A stretch of 64,000 bases of DNA, taken from Candidatus Latescibacterota bacterium. GTDB lineage: Bacteria > Latescibacterota > UBA2968 > UBA8231. Positions 16,827-26,633 of this stretch are shown piece after piece. The DNA lies in assembly GCA_965197905.1 (NCBI GenBank), contig CBDAOB010000002.1, positions 32,001-96,000 on the forward strand, in the 5' to 3' direction. Within the stretch, counting starts at the first letter, position 1. The number at the start of each line of letters is the position of its first letter. Both the position numbers and the translations under genes were made by a program. The notes beneath the pieces were generated by a model. That model was given only the letters and a program-made list of their open reading frames with translations. It had not been told where the DNA came from and made no database searches.

Positions 16827-18125
16827 ATGACCGATCAGAGCTGGTTCTCCCGCGATCGATTCGGACTCTTTATTCACTGGGGTCTCTACGCCCTGCCGGC
16901 ACGCCACGAGTGGGTGAAACAGCGGGAGGAGATCCCCGACGAACAGTACGACCCGTATTTCAAGTTTTTCGATCCGGATCTTTACGATCCCCGGCTGTGG
17001 GCCAACGCTGCCGCGGGTGCGGGCATGAAGTACTTCGTGGTCACCACCAAACACCACGAAGGGTTTTGCCTGTGGGATTCCCAGCTGACCGACTACAAGG
17101 CTACCAACACCCCCGCCGGACGCGATCTCATCGGACCGATGATCGACGCCTTTCGCGACGCTCAAATGCGGGTGGGATTCTACCACTCCCTCATCGACTG
17201 GCACCATTCGGACTTCGTCATCGACGATCTGCACTCCATGCGCAATCACCCCGATCGGGAGAAGCTCAACAAGAACCGGCAGCAGCAGCGATACATCGAG
17301 TATCTGCACGGGCAGGCGCGGGAGCTCTTGAGTCAGTTCGGTACCATCGACGTGATGTTCTACGACTTCAGCTATCCGGCGAGCGACCAGCGGTGGGCGA
17401 GGGAAGGCTGGCAGGGCAAAGGAAGGGAGGAGTGGGACAGCAAGGAGCTGATCCGGATGACGCGGGAGCTGCAGCCGAATATCGTCGTCAACGACCGGCT
17501 CGACCTCAACGATGTGGAGGGCGGTTGGGACTACCGGACTCCGGAGCAGTTCATGCCGCGGGAGTGGGTGACGATCGACGGCAAGCAGGTTCGCTGGGAG
17601 ACCTGCCAGACCTTTTCCGGCTCCTGGGGGTACCACCGGGATGAGACGAGCTGGAAAAGCGTAGCGCAGCTGGTACGCATGCTGGTGGAGGTGGTGAGCA
17701 AAGGTGGGAACCTGCTGTTGAACGTGGGACCGACGGGGCGGGGAGAGTTCGATGCCCGCGCCCTAGATCGACTCGCAGGCATGGGCGCGTGGATGTTCCG
17801 CCACGGTCGTTCCATCTACGGATGCACCCAGGCGCCGGCGGAATTTGTCGGCTCGCCTCATTGCTGCCTCACCTACGACCCGGAGCGACGGCGGATCTAT
17901 GCCCATGTATTCACCTGGCCGTTCGAACAGCTCCACCTGGATGGATTCGCCGGCAAGGTGGAGTACGCCCAGCTGTTAAACGACGCCTCGGAAATCCAAT
18001 CTACCGAAGACCCCGGGCACCACCGGGCCAGCAGCGAGGAGGATCGTCAGACATTGACATTGAAGCTTCCCGTGCGGCAACCCGACGTCGCGGTACCGGT
18101 GATCGAGCTCTTCCTCAAATCCTAA
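16827..18125 (+). CDS. Alpha-L-fucosidase, GH29
   Basis: RFGLFIHWGLY, TTKHHEGFCLW, MFYD nucleophile, GGNLLLNVGP. Confidence 0.95.
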   Translation: MTDQSWFSRDRFGLFIHWGLYALPARHEWVKQREEIPDEQYDPYFKFFDPDLYDPRLWANAAAGAGMKYFVVTTKHHEGFCLWDSQLTDYKATNTPAGRDLIGPMIDAFRDAQMRVGFYHSLIDWHHSDFVIDDLHSMRNHPDREKLNKNRQQQRYIEYLHGQARELLSQFGTIDVMFYDFSYPASDQRWAREGWQGKGREEWDSKELIRMTRELQPNIVVNDRLDLNDVEGGWDYRTPEQFMPREWVTIDGKQVRWETCQTFSGSWGYHRDETSWKSVAQLVRMLVEVVSKGGNLLLNVGPTGRGEFDARALDRLAGMGAWMFRHGRSIYGCTQAPAEFVGSPHCCLTYDPERRRIYAHVFTWPFEQLHLDGFAGKVEYAQLLNDASEIQSTEDPGHHRASSEEDRQTLTLKLPVRQPDVAVPVIELFLKS

Positions 18126-18151
18126 CCTTTCATAACGCCGAGAGGCCTATC

Positions 18152-19945
18152 GTGAAGACAGTTCGCGTTTCGACATCCGATTCCCATCCCGCTCCCGCGT
18201 GGGCCGTTAGCCAGCGCCATCTGATCGACGTCATGAACGAGGCCGCTCCCAAGTTTCAGGAGCGTTACACCCGCGACGACGGCACATTGATCTGGCGCGA
18301 CGAATTCCCCGGCATGGACGGCTCCGACGACGGCTACGAGAGTTTCTACAACTGGCCCTTGTTCTACGCCCTCGGCGGCCGCGCCGACATGGAGGAGCGC
18401 AGTCGGTTCCTCTGGGATGCCGTTACCCGGCAGTTTACCGACTACGGACTGGTGCATCGGGAGTTCGACGGGTATTACGACTGGATGCACCACGGGGAGT
18501 CCTATCTCTACTTCTACTTCTTTGGCTTGGCCGACGCCAACCGCCAGGCCGGGCGGGCGCGCAACTTCGCGAACATGTACACCGGGGCCGATCCCGAGGC
18601 ACCCAACTGGGATGCGGAAAAACGGATGATCCGCTCGCCGATCAACGGTAGCCGCGGTCCGCACTTCAAATACACCTGGGATGACTGGTCCACCTGTCGC
18701 TGGGATCTGGCCCAATACCAGGTGCCGTTCGATGATCTCGACGTGCCAACGGAGATGCGCGAGTTTCGCGGCGAGATCGTCCCCATCGCCGACTGGAAGG
18801 AGGACCGAGTCTACGAGGTGATCTTGGAAGCGTTGAACGAACGCCAGATGCACGGCGACGTACCGCTCAACCTTTCAGCCACCAGCCTGGTGACGAATGC
18901 CTATATCTACACCGGCGAAGAGAGCTACCGGAAGTGGGTGTTGGATTACCTGGAGGCGTGGGCAGAACGCATCGAAGCCAACGGCGGCCTCTGCCCCGAC
19001 AACGTGGGCCACAGCGGCGCGATCGGCGAAACGCTGGATGGAAAATGGTTTGGGGGGTATTACGGTTGGAGCTGGCCCCACGGATTCACGAACATCATCG
19101 AATCACTGAGTATCGCCGCCATGAACGCGGTGCTGATGACCGGCGACATGAGCTACCTGGAGATTCCCCGAGGTCAAATGCGGAGGATGCTGGAATTGGG
19201 TCGCGTCGAAAACGGGCGTTTGCTGATGCCGCATCGCTACAGCGACCGGGGTTGGACCGGTTACAGTCCGGTGAAGCCCGGGTTTCTGGTGCCTCTCTGG
19301 TATGTCTCGCAGGACGAGAACGACCTGCACCTGATCGAGGAACTTCCAGATTGCAGCACCCACTGGCCGAGCCTCGACGGGGACAGCGACTCCTTCCACA
19401 CCGGTGCGTGGTACAGCTACATCCGCGGCAGGAACTCGGAGTACCCAAGCCAGCTGCTGCAGGCGCAACTGGATGAGGTGAAAGAGCGAATCGAGCTGCC
19501 CGACGAAGGGGAGCCCAGCACCTGGAATGTGCACCATTGGCAGCGGCGCAATCCGGTGCGCACGACGGCGCTGGTGCAGATGACCACCGGAGGACCGGAC
19601 CCGATCTACCACGGGGGTTTGCTGCATACCCGCCTGCGTTATTACGATCCTCAAGCGGGACGGCCCGGGTTGCCGGAACAAACGGCGGCGCTGGTCAGCG
19701 CGATCGAAGAGGACAAGGTTACGGTGGATCTGGTGAATCTGGATCCGGGGGACCCTCGTCGGATTCAGCTACAGGCGGGGGCGTTTGCCGAGCACGAGTT
19801 CACCGAGCTGAAAGAAACGGGCGAAGACCAGGTGCTGCAGATCGATGGTCCTCACTTCGAGATCGAGTTGGCGGCCGGCGGTCAGGGCAGGTTCGAAATC
19901 GGCATGCGCCGCTACTGTAGCCGGCCGACCTACCAACAGCCGTAG
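18152..19945 (+). CDS. Conserved hypothetical protein, possibly an (alpha/alpha)6-barrel carbohydrate enzyme
   Basis: GTG 18152 follows GAGAGG. Aromatic/acidic motifs DGSDDGYESFYNW, YDWMHHGE, PDNVG, GGYYGW. The longer ORF-track start overlaps GH29. Confidence 0.75.
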   Translation: MKTVRVSTSDSHPAPAWAVSQRHLIDVMNEAAPKFQERYTRDDGTLIWRDEFPGMDGSDDGYESFYNWPLFYALGGRADMEERSRFLWDAVTRQFTDYGLVHREFDGYYDWMHHGESYLYFYFFGLADANRQAGRARNFANMYTGADPEAPNWDAEKRMIRSPINGSRGPHFKYTWDDWSTCRWDLAQYQVPFDDLDVPTEMREFRGEIVPIADWKEDRVYEVILEALNERQMHGDVPLNLSATSLVTNAYIYTGEESYRKWVLDYLEAWAERIEANGGLCPDNVGHSGAIGETLDGKWFGGYYGWSWPHGFTNIIESLSIAAMNAVLMTGDMSYLEIPRGQMRRMLELGRVENGRLLMPHRYSDRGWTGYSPVKPGFLVPLWYVSQDENDLHLIEELPDCSTHWPSLDGDSDSFHTGAWYSYIRGRNSEYPSQLLQAQLDEVKERIELPDEGEPSTWNVHHWQRRNPVRTTALVQMTTGGPDPIYHGGLLHTRLRYYDPQAGRPGLPEQTAALVSAIEEDKVTVDLVNLDPGDPRRIQLQAGAFAEHEFTELKETGEDQVLQIDGPHFEIELAAGGQGRFEIGMRRYCSRPTYQQP

Positions 19946-20007
19946 GTCTGTCGGCGCGGGGGTTGGCGTCGGCGCCTAGCCCGCACCTGCAGGCACTAGC
20001 TCGATAG

Positions 20008-22098
20008 TCAAGCCGGCCCCACGTCGCGGAGATCCACCCCGTGGATTTCCAGCGCCTCCAGCTGACTGCTCGGTTCGACGCGAAAATCCAGGCCGTCGGC
20101 ATCCTTGAAGCGAACCTCCGTAACGGCTCCGTTCGCTTCGAATCCTTGATCGCGCATCTCTTGTAACGCTACCTGCGCCCAGGTTTCGTTCGCGGCGGCC
20201 CAGTAGACGTTCTTGTCCACCTCCTTGAGACCCTGCGCTTTTTCCAGTTTCACGAACGACAGGTTCTCGTCGACCGAGTTGAGGAACACGTTGCGCTGGA
20301 CCGTTGAGTGGTCGCAGGGATCCCGCCGTACGACCAGGCACCCGATCAGCGGTGCCCGGAAATCGATGAACAGGTTGTCTTCCACCGTGTTGTCATGTTT
20401 CAGCACGAAACCGGCGTAGGTGCAGTGCCGCACGACGTTGTGATGCCAGCGGCTGCCCCGGGTCCAATCGTCGGTGCGCAACGCGCCGTGATGATCACGG
20501 AATACCACGTGGTGGACGTAATTGAAACAGACCTCGTTGCCGATGCCGCAACCCGAAACGTAGATGGCGTTGCCGTCTTCCATCGACTCGCAGGTGTGGT
20601 GCAGCTCGTTGTGCGAAACTCGGTTGTGGCGAGAGTGCAGGAACGGGAAAACGTCTTCCCACGGCACGTCCTGGGGAACGTTTCCGAAACTCCCCGTCTC
20701 GTCATGTCTGACGGTGCGGCCGTTTTCGCGATAGTCGGGCATAGCGAAGTATGGCGGGCGCACCCCGATAACGGCGAGGCCGGTGTAGGGCATGTGGTGA
20801 ATGAGATTGTGGGCGATCTCGTTCTCACCACTCTGCCACACCATGATTCCCAGACTGTGCCAGAGGATCTCGGCGCAGTTGTGAACGGTGTTGTTAATGA
20901 CCCGGTTTTGTTTGTTGACGTCGAGGGTGCCCGGACCGTGGCCGCACAGCAGGATTCCGGTGCCGCCCAGATGTTCCACCGTGTTGCCGTCGATCCGGTT
21001 GTGTTTGGCGTGGCGATCGAGACGTATACCGTCCCCGGATGAGGCGGTGAAGCGGCAGCCTTCTACTGCGATGCGCTCGGCGCCGCGCAAGCGCACGAGG
21101 GCGTTGTCCTTGTCCCACATGTCCCAATCGTGCTGCACGCCGGCGTCGGTGGGCGTCAGGGTTTCGCGGGCGCCGTGCACGAAGGTGATGCCCTCGAATC
21201 TCAAATATCGGGGGAAGCGTTTATTGGCTTCATCCCCTTCGATGCGAACGAGCTCGGTCAACTGTGGATAGCAGATCTCGTCCCCAGGTTCGCCCTCGGC
21301 CGGCCAGAGGTAGATACACCTGGCGACGCTGTCGTAGACCCACTCTCCGGGTGCGTCCAGAACCTCCAGGTAGTTCTCCAACCAGCAGGGCCGGTGCTCC
21401 GTCCCCTCCAGGTGGGTGATCTCGCAGGTCATCGGGTAGGTGGCGGGCACTGTGGTAACGGCTCGCCCGGAAGACCGATTGACCTCGGCGAAGGTGAGGA
21501 AGTTGCAGATCCATCCGTACCTCGGGCGCACGAACAGCTCCACGTCTTCCAGGTTGTCCCAGCTTCCGATCATTTCGGGAGGGAGGTAGACCACATCCGG
21601 TCGTACGTCTGGGAGGTTGGGGTAGCGATTCAATTCCGGCGCGGTCTTATCCGGTTCCTGCGTCGGATTGAAGTTGCGGGAGCGGGCTCGCGGCAGCCGC
21701 TGGAGACCATTGTAAAGAGTTGTAACGCGAGGTGCGGATTCGGGAAGTTCGGCAACCCACACTTTCCCCGCCGCCGGCGCCGGAAGATTCGGCGGTTTTT
21801 CTTCCAACCGTCGCCAGCCGGTAACCGGGACGCCGGATCCGACAAAGACGTTCTCACCCTCGCCGTGCCAAACGATTGGATGCTGATCGGTGCCACTATC
21901 CTCCGGCCCGAGCACGAGGGTCTCCGTGAGTCGGTGATACCCCTCGTGCAGCACGACCTTTACGGCCACGCCGTCCTTTGGCATCGAGCGCGCCAGATCA
22001 CGGGCAGCAGCCAGTGAGGCAAGAGGACTTGCATTCTCACCGTCGCCACTATCGGTTCCTGCCGGCGATACGTGGATCTCAACTGTAGCGTTGTTCAT
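20008..22098 (-). CDS. Right-handed beta-helix protein, GH141-like
   Basis: IHVSPAGTDSGDG, RLPRAR, LDAPGEWVYD, PbH1-like repeats, DGNAIY. Confidence 0.85.
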   Translation of the reverse strand: MNNATVEIHVSPAGTDSGDGENASPLASLAAARDLARSMPKDGVAVKVVLHEGYHRLTETLVLGPEDSGTDQHPIVWHGEGENVFVGSGVPVTGWRRLEEKPPNLPAPAAGKVWVAELPESAPRVTTLYNGLQRLPRARSRNFNPTQEPDKTAPELNRYPNLPDVRPDVVYLPPEMIGSWDNLEDVELFVRPRYGWICNFLTFAEVNRSSGRAVTTVPATYPMTCEITHLEGTEHRPCWLENYLEVLDAPGEWVYDSVARCIYLWPAEGEPGDEICYPQLTELVRIEGDEANKRFPRYLRFEGITFVHGARETLTPTDAGVQHDWDMWDKDNALVRLRGAERIAVEGCRFTASSGDGIRLDRHAKHNRIDGNTVEHLGGTGILLCGHGPGTLDVNKQNRVINNTVHNCAEILWHSLGIMVWQSGENEIAHNLIHHMPYTGLAVIGVRPPYFAMPDYRENGRTVRHDETGSFGNVPQDVPWEDVFPFLHSRHNRVSHNELHHTCESMEDGNAIYVSGCGIGNEVCFNYVHHVVFRDHHGALRTDDWTRGSRWHHNVVRHCTYAGFVLKHDNTVEDNLFIDFRAPLIGCLVVRRDPCDHSTVQRNVFLNSVDENLSFVKLEKAQGLKEVDKNVYWAAANETWAQVALQEMRDQGFEANGAVTEVRFKDADGLDFRVEPSSQLEALEIHGVDLRDVGPA

Positions 22099-22394
22099 AA
22101 GAATCCTCTCCGATGCAGTGGGGCATCCCAGGAATCTACCGGAAAATTGGTGCTGGTCGAGGGGTGGCGTGGTAGTTCCCTGCAGCTCACTAGCAGACCG
22201 GGCCGCGAGGCCGGGTTGCCCGGAGCGGGTTCATTCAAATTAAAAGACAATCGCCGTTTGGCAGCGGACGGGGGCGGACGGTCTAAGCGGGTTCAATGCG
22301 TCCGAAGCCGCAGGATTGCGGCGAAGGATGCAATGCCTCGGAGCCCGACACGATGTCGGGCGAGAATGAGCGAAACCGTCCGGCACTGTCCGCT

Positions 22395-23387
22395 TTACGC
22401 CATGGTCTCCAGCATCTCCAACGTCACCTGGTATCGCAGCGGCTCACCGGCTTCCCAGCGTTCGAACTCGGCGATTACGTAGTCTGCCTGGCGTTTGATC
22501 TCGTCACCCTTCGACCCGGCGATATGGGGGCTCAGGTAGACGTTCGGCAAGGAAAAGAGCGGCGAGCCCTCCACGGGTGGCTCCGGGTAGGTGACATCGA
22601 GAAGCGCGGTCAGGTCCGGCCGGCGTTGCATCACCTCTGCCAGCTCCGCTTCCACCACCTGGGCGCCACGGCCGGTGTTGATGAAAGTGGCGCCTTGCCG
22701 CATGCTCGCCAAGAGTGCGCCGTCAAGCAAACCTCTGGTCGCCGGCAAGTCCGGAAGATGGTTGCTCACTACAAAAGCCTGCGCAAACAACTCTTCCAGC
22801 GAGACCTGCCTTAGGTCCGACTCTTCTGCGTCGGCTTCATTCAAATAAGGATCGCATGCCAACGCATGCAGGTCGAACGGTTTCAGTAGCTGCGCCACGC
22901 GGCGGCCTACCATGCCCAAACCGATGAGACCGACGGTTTCGCCAAACGCCCCGGGCACGATCGGGGCGTCCTTCCATCCTCGCGGCGACTCGCACCGGTC
23001 GGCGCACCGGAAATACCCTTTACACGACAGCAGTATCTGCGACAGGGTGAACTCGGCCACTGGAACAGCATTAGCTGCCCACGAGCTCACCAGCAGGATA
23101 TCCCGTTCCAAAATGGGGCGGGCAAATCCCCGCACCGAGCCGGCGGCGTAGAACACGGCTTCCAGCGCCGGTAACCGGGACAGTTCGTCGGGGCCCAGCG
23201 GAACCATTCCCCAGGTGGAGAAGATCACCTGCAGGCCTTGAAGCTGTTCAACGTGATCTGAGAAGGTGCTGCTGGAAATCGTCGCAGAATAGAGATCGAC
23301 CATCGACTCGATCCGTCGCCGCCGCCCGTTCGCGAAGACGCGGTCCAGGCGGTCCGAATCTTCGCTGAAGAAGGCCGCTTTCTTCAC
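22395..23387 (-). CDS. D-isomer-specific 2-hydroxyacid dehydrogenase
   Basis: GLIGLGMVG, FINTGRG, LDVTYPEP, SPHIAG. Confidence 0.93.
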   Translation of the reverse strand: MKKAAFFSEDSDRLDRVFANGRRRRIESMVDLYSATISSSTFSDHVEQLQGLQVIFSTWGMVPLGPDELSRLPALEAVFYAAGSVRGFARPILERDILLVSSWAANAVPVAEFTLSQILLSCKGYFRCADRCESPRGWKDAPIVPGAFGETVGLIGLGMVGRRVAQLLKPFDLHALACDPYLNEADAEESDLRQVSLEELFAQAFVVSNHLPDLPATRGLLDGALLASMRQGATFINTGRGAQVVEAELAEVMQRRPDLTALLDVTYPEPPVEGSPLFSLPNVYLSPHIAGSKGDEIKRQADYVIAEFERWEAGEPLRYQVTLEMLETMA

Positions 23388-23393
23388 CGCGAG

Positions 23394-24362
23394 TCAGGCG
23401 CAGGCGGGATTTGATTCGGTCCAGCGGTTGTAGGTGGGATCGTCTCTCGGCGCCAGGCGGTCGCGGGCATCGCGCCACATAACATGCCAGGTAACGGGAT
23501 CGTGCAACTCCGTTTCCGGCTTGGAACGGCTGCGCGCCACGAACCCGGGGAACTCGCTGCGTCCGGTAGGTTGTCCCGTGGGACTATACCGCAGATCGAA
23601 ACTCCAGCGGATCTGGTCGCTGGTGTTGGCGAGAGAGCCGTGGCAGGTATAGCGACTCATGAAAAGGACGTCGCCCGCATCCATGGGAACGGGGATGGTT
23701 TCCTCCTCGGCGAAGAACCGGGTGGGAATCTCGTATCCCCCGGTGGGCTGAGGACAATGTGGCTGAAGACGATCCCGATGGCTTCCCGCCACCAGCTTGA
23801 TACAGCCATGCTCTTCTCTGGAAGGCGTAAGTGGGAGCCAGACGGTCAGCATCTCGGTGTCGTCCGCTTCGGGCAGCACGACCCCGCTATCCTGATGCCA
23901 GCGCGTCGCTTTGACCAGGTCGTTCGCCTGCATCTCCGACAACAGATCTTCCGGAGGTTTGATGCGAACGTGCTGGACGGGAGTGGAGAAGATCTCGGGT
24001 CCAATGAAAGATTCGGCGGCATCCAGCAGCTTCTCGTTGCGCAGCAGCCAGAAAACGGCCGGGCCGGCCCAGAACGGGGTGTCCGCTTCGACCCCTTTCT
24101 GCGGCAGGCTTATGTCCAGGTGTTGCGCCGTCTGGCGCCCGGATTCCACGTAGATTTGGGTGAGGCGCTCGCCAAATGGCAACCCGGCGTATGTCGAGGT
24201 GATCTCGCCCTTTTTCAACAAAGTACCGGCAACGTCGTCCAGTAGAGCGCTGTATTCCTCGACGACCGGTTGCAGATCCTCGTCGAAGTCCAGCAGACCT
24301 TCGACGACGAGATACCCGTCTCGCTCGAACTCTTCCACCTGCTCATGGCTCAAACTGGCCAC
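23394..24362 (-). CDS. PhyH family dioxygenase
   Basis: FERDGYL, WHQD, TCHGS, RWSFDLRY. Confidence 0.9.
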   Translation of the reverse strand: MASLSHEQVEEFERDGYLVVEGLLDFDEDLQPVVEEYSALLDDVAGTLLKKGEITSTYAGLPFGERLTQIYVESGRQTAQHLDISLPQKGVEADTPFWAGPAVFWLLRNEKLLDAAESFIGPEIFSTPVQHVRIKPPEDLLSEMQANDLVKATRWHQDSGVVLPEADDTEMLTVWLPLTPSREEHGCIKLVAGSHRDRLQPHCPQPTGGYEIPTRFFAEEETIPVPMDAGDVLFMSRYTCHGSLANTSDQIRWSFDLRYSPTGQPTGRSEFPGFVARSRSKPETELHDPVTWHVMWRDARDRLAPRDDPTYNRWTESNPACA

Positions 24363-24606
24363 GGATTCCTCCTATTCTCGATCCCGATTTTGCGCCCAGC
24401 AATATCAGGCAAGACTGCTGCTCACGCAATTACGTTCGCCTGAGTAGTGTTTGCCGCACTGAACAGAGGTTCGCCCTGCCAAACAGCCCTTCGGCCCAAA
24501 CCCTGACTCCAAAAAAATCTATAAACTTTCTTGCTTCGCCTGGCTAGATATCTCAATTTATAAGACAATACCATCATTTTAACCCCCTAAACAGGAGGAT
24601 GAGAAA

Positions 24607-26493
24607 ATGGGTAAGCGATACCTTTCTTTTACGGTGCTCGCCCTGGTAGTTCTGGTTGCCGGCAGCGCGCAGAGCCAGACCACACCTTGGGAGACTGCCT
24701 TCAACGGATGGACCGGAGAGCTGGTGGTGCCTGAGTTTTCGGGCACACCCAAGGTTATGAAGGTGTCCGTCCAGGATGTTTCCTGGAACGGTAGTGGTTC
24801 TGTGACCGTTCCTTTCACATCCAACCAGCGGGGCCGGGCCTGGCTCGTAATCTACAGGAAAGGCTCCAACACCACGGGTGCCACTGGCCCAAACGGGGCC
24901 TGGGTCCGACTAGTAGCCCAAGATCTTTACGTCAACCACGTGGGTCCGGTGGATATCGAGTCGGGCAACAGCTCCATCACCTGGAACGGCCAGGATTTCG
25001 AGGGCAACGCCGCAGGTTCCGGGAACTACGAGTTCGACATTGTCGCCTTCAACGGCAAGGACAAGCTCACCCTGGTGGGTCCGGGCATGATGCCGGGCCA
25101 GACCTGGAACGAGACCCACATCGATACCAAGTCGAATCCGGCCGAGATCTGGTCACCGGAAGGGGCGGGAACGCCGTCGGATGTGATTCGCGGCGAGATC
25201 GGTACGGACTACCTGGCCAACCCAAACGCCTGGGACAGCTACTCCTTCGCTAGCTTGTATCCGTGTGCGGAGGGCGGTTGCAATCACTGCGGCGTCGTGC
25301 CCGACGATACTACCGTCGGAGTCTACTGGGCTTGCGACTTCTCCGGCGAATTTGGCGGCACCTACAAGATGACCATAAATCGCGCTGCCCAGTCGTTCGA
25401 GGCCGACACATCCTTTGGACAGAATGGATGGTTTCCCCTCACCGAGGATCGCAACGGGAACATCCATCCCTGGGAAAACCTGGTCATCGCCACTCACTGG
25501 AGCGTGGCGGACAATCCGCTGACTGGGATCGAATTCCACGACAAGACCACCGGCGAGATCGTCAAGTTCATCGATACTAACGATTTCTTCGTCGATCTCG
25601 GTGTGGACGACGATGGGAACGAAACGGTCACCCCAACCGGTCCCGGCAAGTTGGACGTGAACGCCCAGGGCATCTACATCAGCACCTGGCGGTTCAAAGC
25701 ACCGATCATTTTCATGGACCATGACGGCAACATTCACTGGGCCAACCTGCAGGGAGACGGCATCGGCCAGACAATCGATGTCGAGGAAGGGGTGGAGCTG
25801 GGCATCCCGGCCCGCGTTGCCATAGTGATCAACGTCAGGGGGGACATCAGCGGCAACGCGACATTCCTTAGCGAGACCCTGGCTACCGAAGGTTCTATCG
25901 TATCCTTCCTCGGCCGCGATGGCACCGGTATCGGACATATGCAACCTAGCGGAGTAATAGGTCCTACCTACGAATATGCCGAGGACAACTTCTCCATGAT
26001 CCGCGGGATGGATCTGGTGTCGGAAAACGGACCGTATGACGGCATCTACTATGACGCCCATATGAGCATGCTGACGAAAGCGTACACTCCCGGGGACGCG
26101 GAAGAGCTGGTCACCGGCCCGGGCATGTTCATGCACGTCCCCTACGATGTGGCCTCGGGGCGTCTCGGAGCGGGTGTCACCGCCGTGGAGTCTGTAGGCG
26201 CGGCTGGCACCCCGGACAGCTACAGCTTGAGCGATGCGTATCCCAATCCGTTCAACCCGGAGACGACGATCGAGTTCGCTATTCCAACCGATGGTCACGT
26301 CAAGTTACAGGTCTACAACACGGCCGGTCAGTTGGTCAATACCGTCGTGGATGAGGTGTTGAATGCGGGCGTCTACCGGGACACCTGGGAAGCGCAGGAC
26401 AGCAACGGTCAGTCGGTATCCAGCGGTGTCTATTTCTACCGCATGGAGGCGGGAGACTTCGTCGACACGCGATCCATGACGCTACTCAAGTAG
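24607..26493 (+). CDS. Secreted protein with FlgD-Ig-like domains (N-terminal and C-terminal)
   Basis: AGGAGG RBS, signal peptide, ITWNGQDFEG, C-terminal AYPNPFNPETTI...SSGVYFYRM...MTLLK. Confidence 0.9.
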   Translation: MGKRYLSFTVLALVVLVAGSAQSQTTPWETAFNGWTGELVVPEFSGTPKVMKVSVQDVSWNGSGSVTVPFTSNQRGRAWLVIYRKGSNTTGATGPNGAWVRLVAQDLYVNHVGPVDIESGNSSITWNGQDFEGNAAGSGNYEFDIVAFNGKDKLTLVGPGMMPGQTWNETHIDTKSNPAEIWSPEGAGTPSDVIRGEIGTDYLANPNAWDSYSFASLYPCAEGGCNHCGVVPDDTTVGVYWACDFSGEFGGTYKMTINRAAQSFEADTSFGQNGWFPLTEDRNGNIHPWENLVIATHWSVADNPLTGIEFHDKTTGEIVKFIDTNDFFVDLGVDDDGNETVTPTGPGKLDVNAQGIYISTWRFKAPIIFMDHDGNIHWANLQGDGIGQTIDVEEGVELGIPARVAIVINVRGDISGNATFLSETLATEGSIVSFLGRDGTGIGHMQPSGVIGPTYEYAEDNFSMIRGMDLVSENGPYDGIYYDAHMSMLTKAYTPGDAEELVTGPGMFMHVPYDVASGRLGAGVTAVESVGAAGTPDSYSLSDAYPNPFNPETTIEFAIPTDGHVKLQVYNTAGQLVNTVVDEVLNAGVYRDTWEAQDSNGQSVSSGVYFYRMEAGDFVDTRSMTLLK

Positions 26494-26547
26494 CTCGTGC
26501 GACGGACAGGGCCGCAACACAGCCCTGTTTTGAATCAACGCTAGAGA

Positions 26548-26586
26548 GGCCGGCTCCGGGATGTTCCTGGAGTCGGCTTTTCTCTG
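26548..26586 (+). terminator. Probable intrinsic terminator
   Basis: 14-bp stem GGCCGGCTCCGGGA/TCCTGGAGTCGGCT (with G-U pairs) followed by a T-rich tract. Confidence 0.65.
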
Positions 26587-26633
26587 CTTCGACGTGGTTA
26601 TTCCAACGGGATTCCCTAGGACACCTTACCCCT

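Noticed and set aside
22099..22394. Structured ncRNA in the 300-bp intergenic gap
   Set aside because: Only one short hairpin (GCCCGACA/TGTCGGGC) and a 10-bp repeat; no recognisable family.
24607..26493. Proof of a type IX secretion system
   Set aside because: The tail is FlgD-Ig-like, but no T9SS machinery genes are visible in the window.
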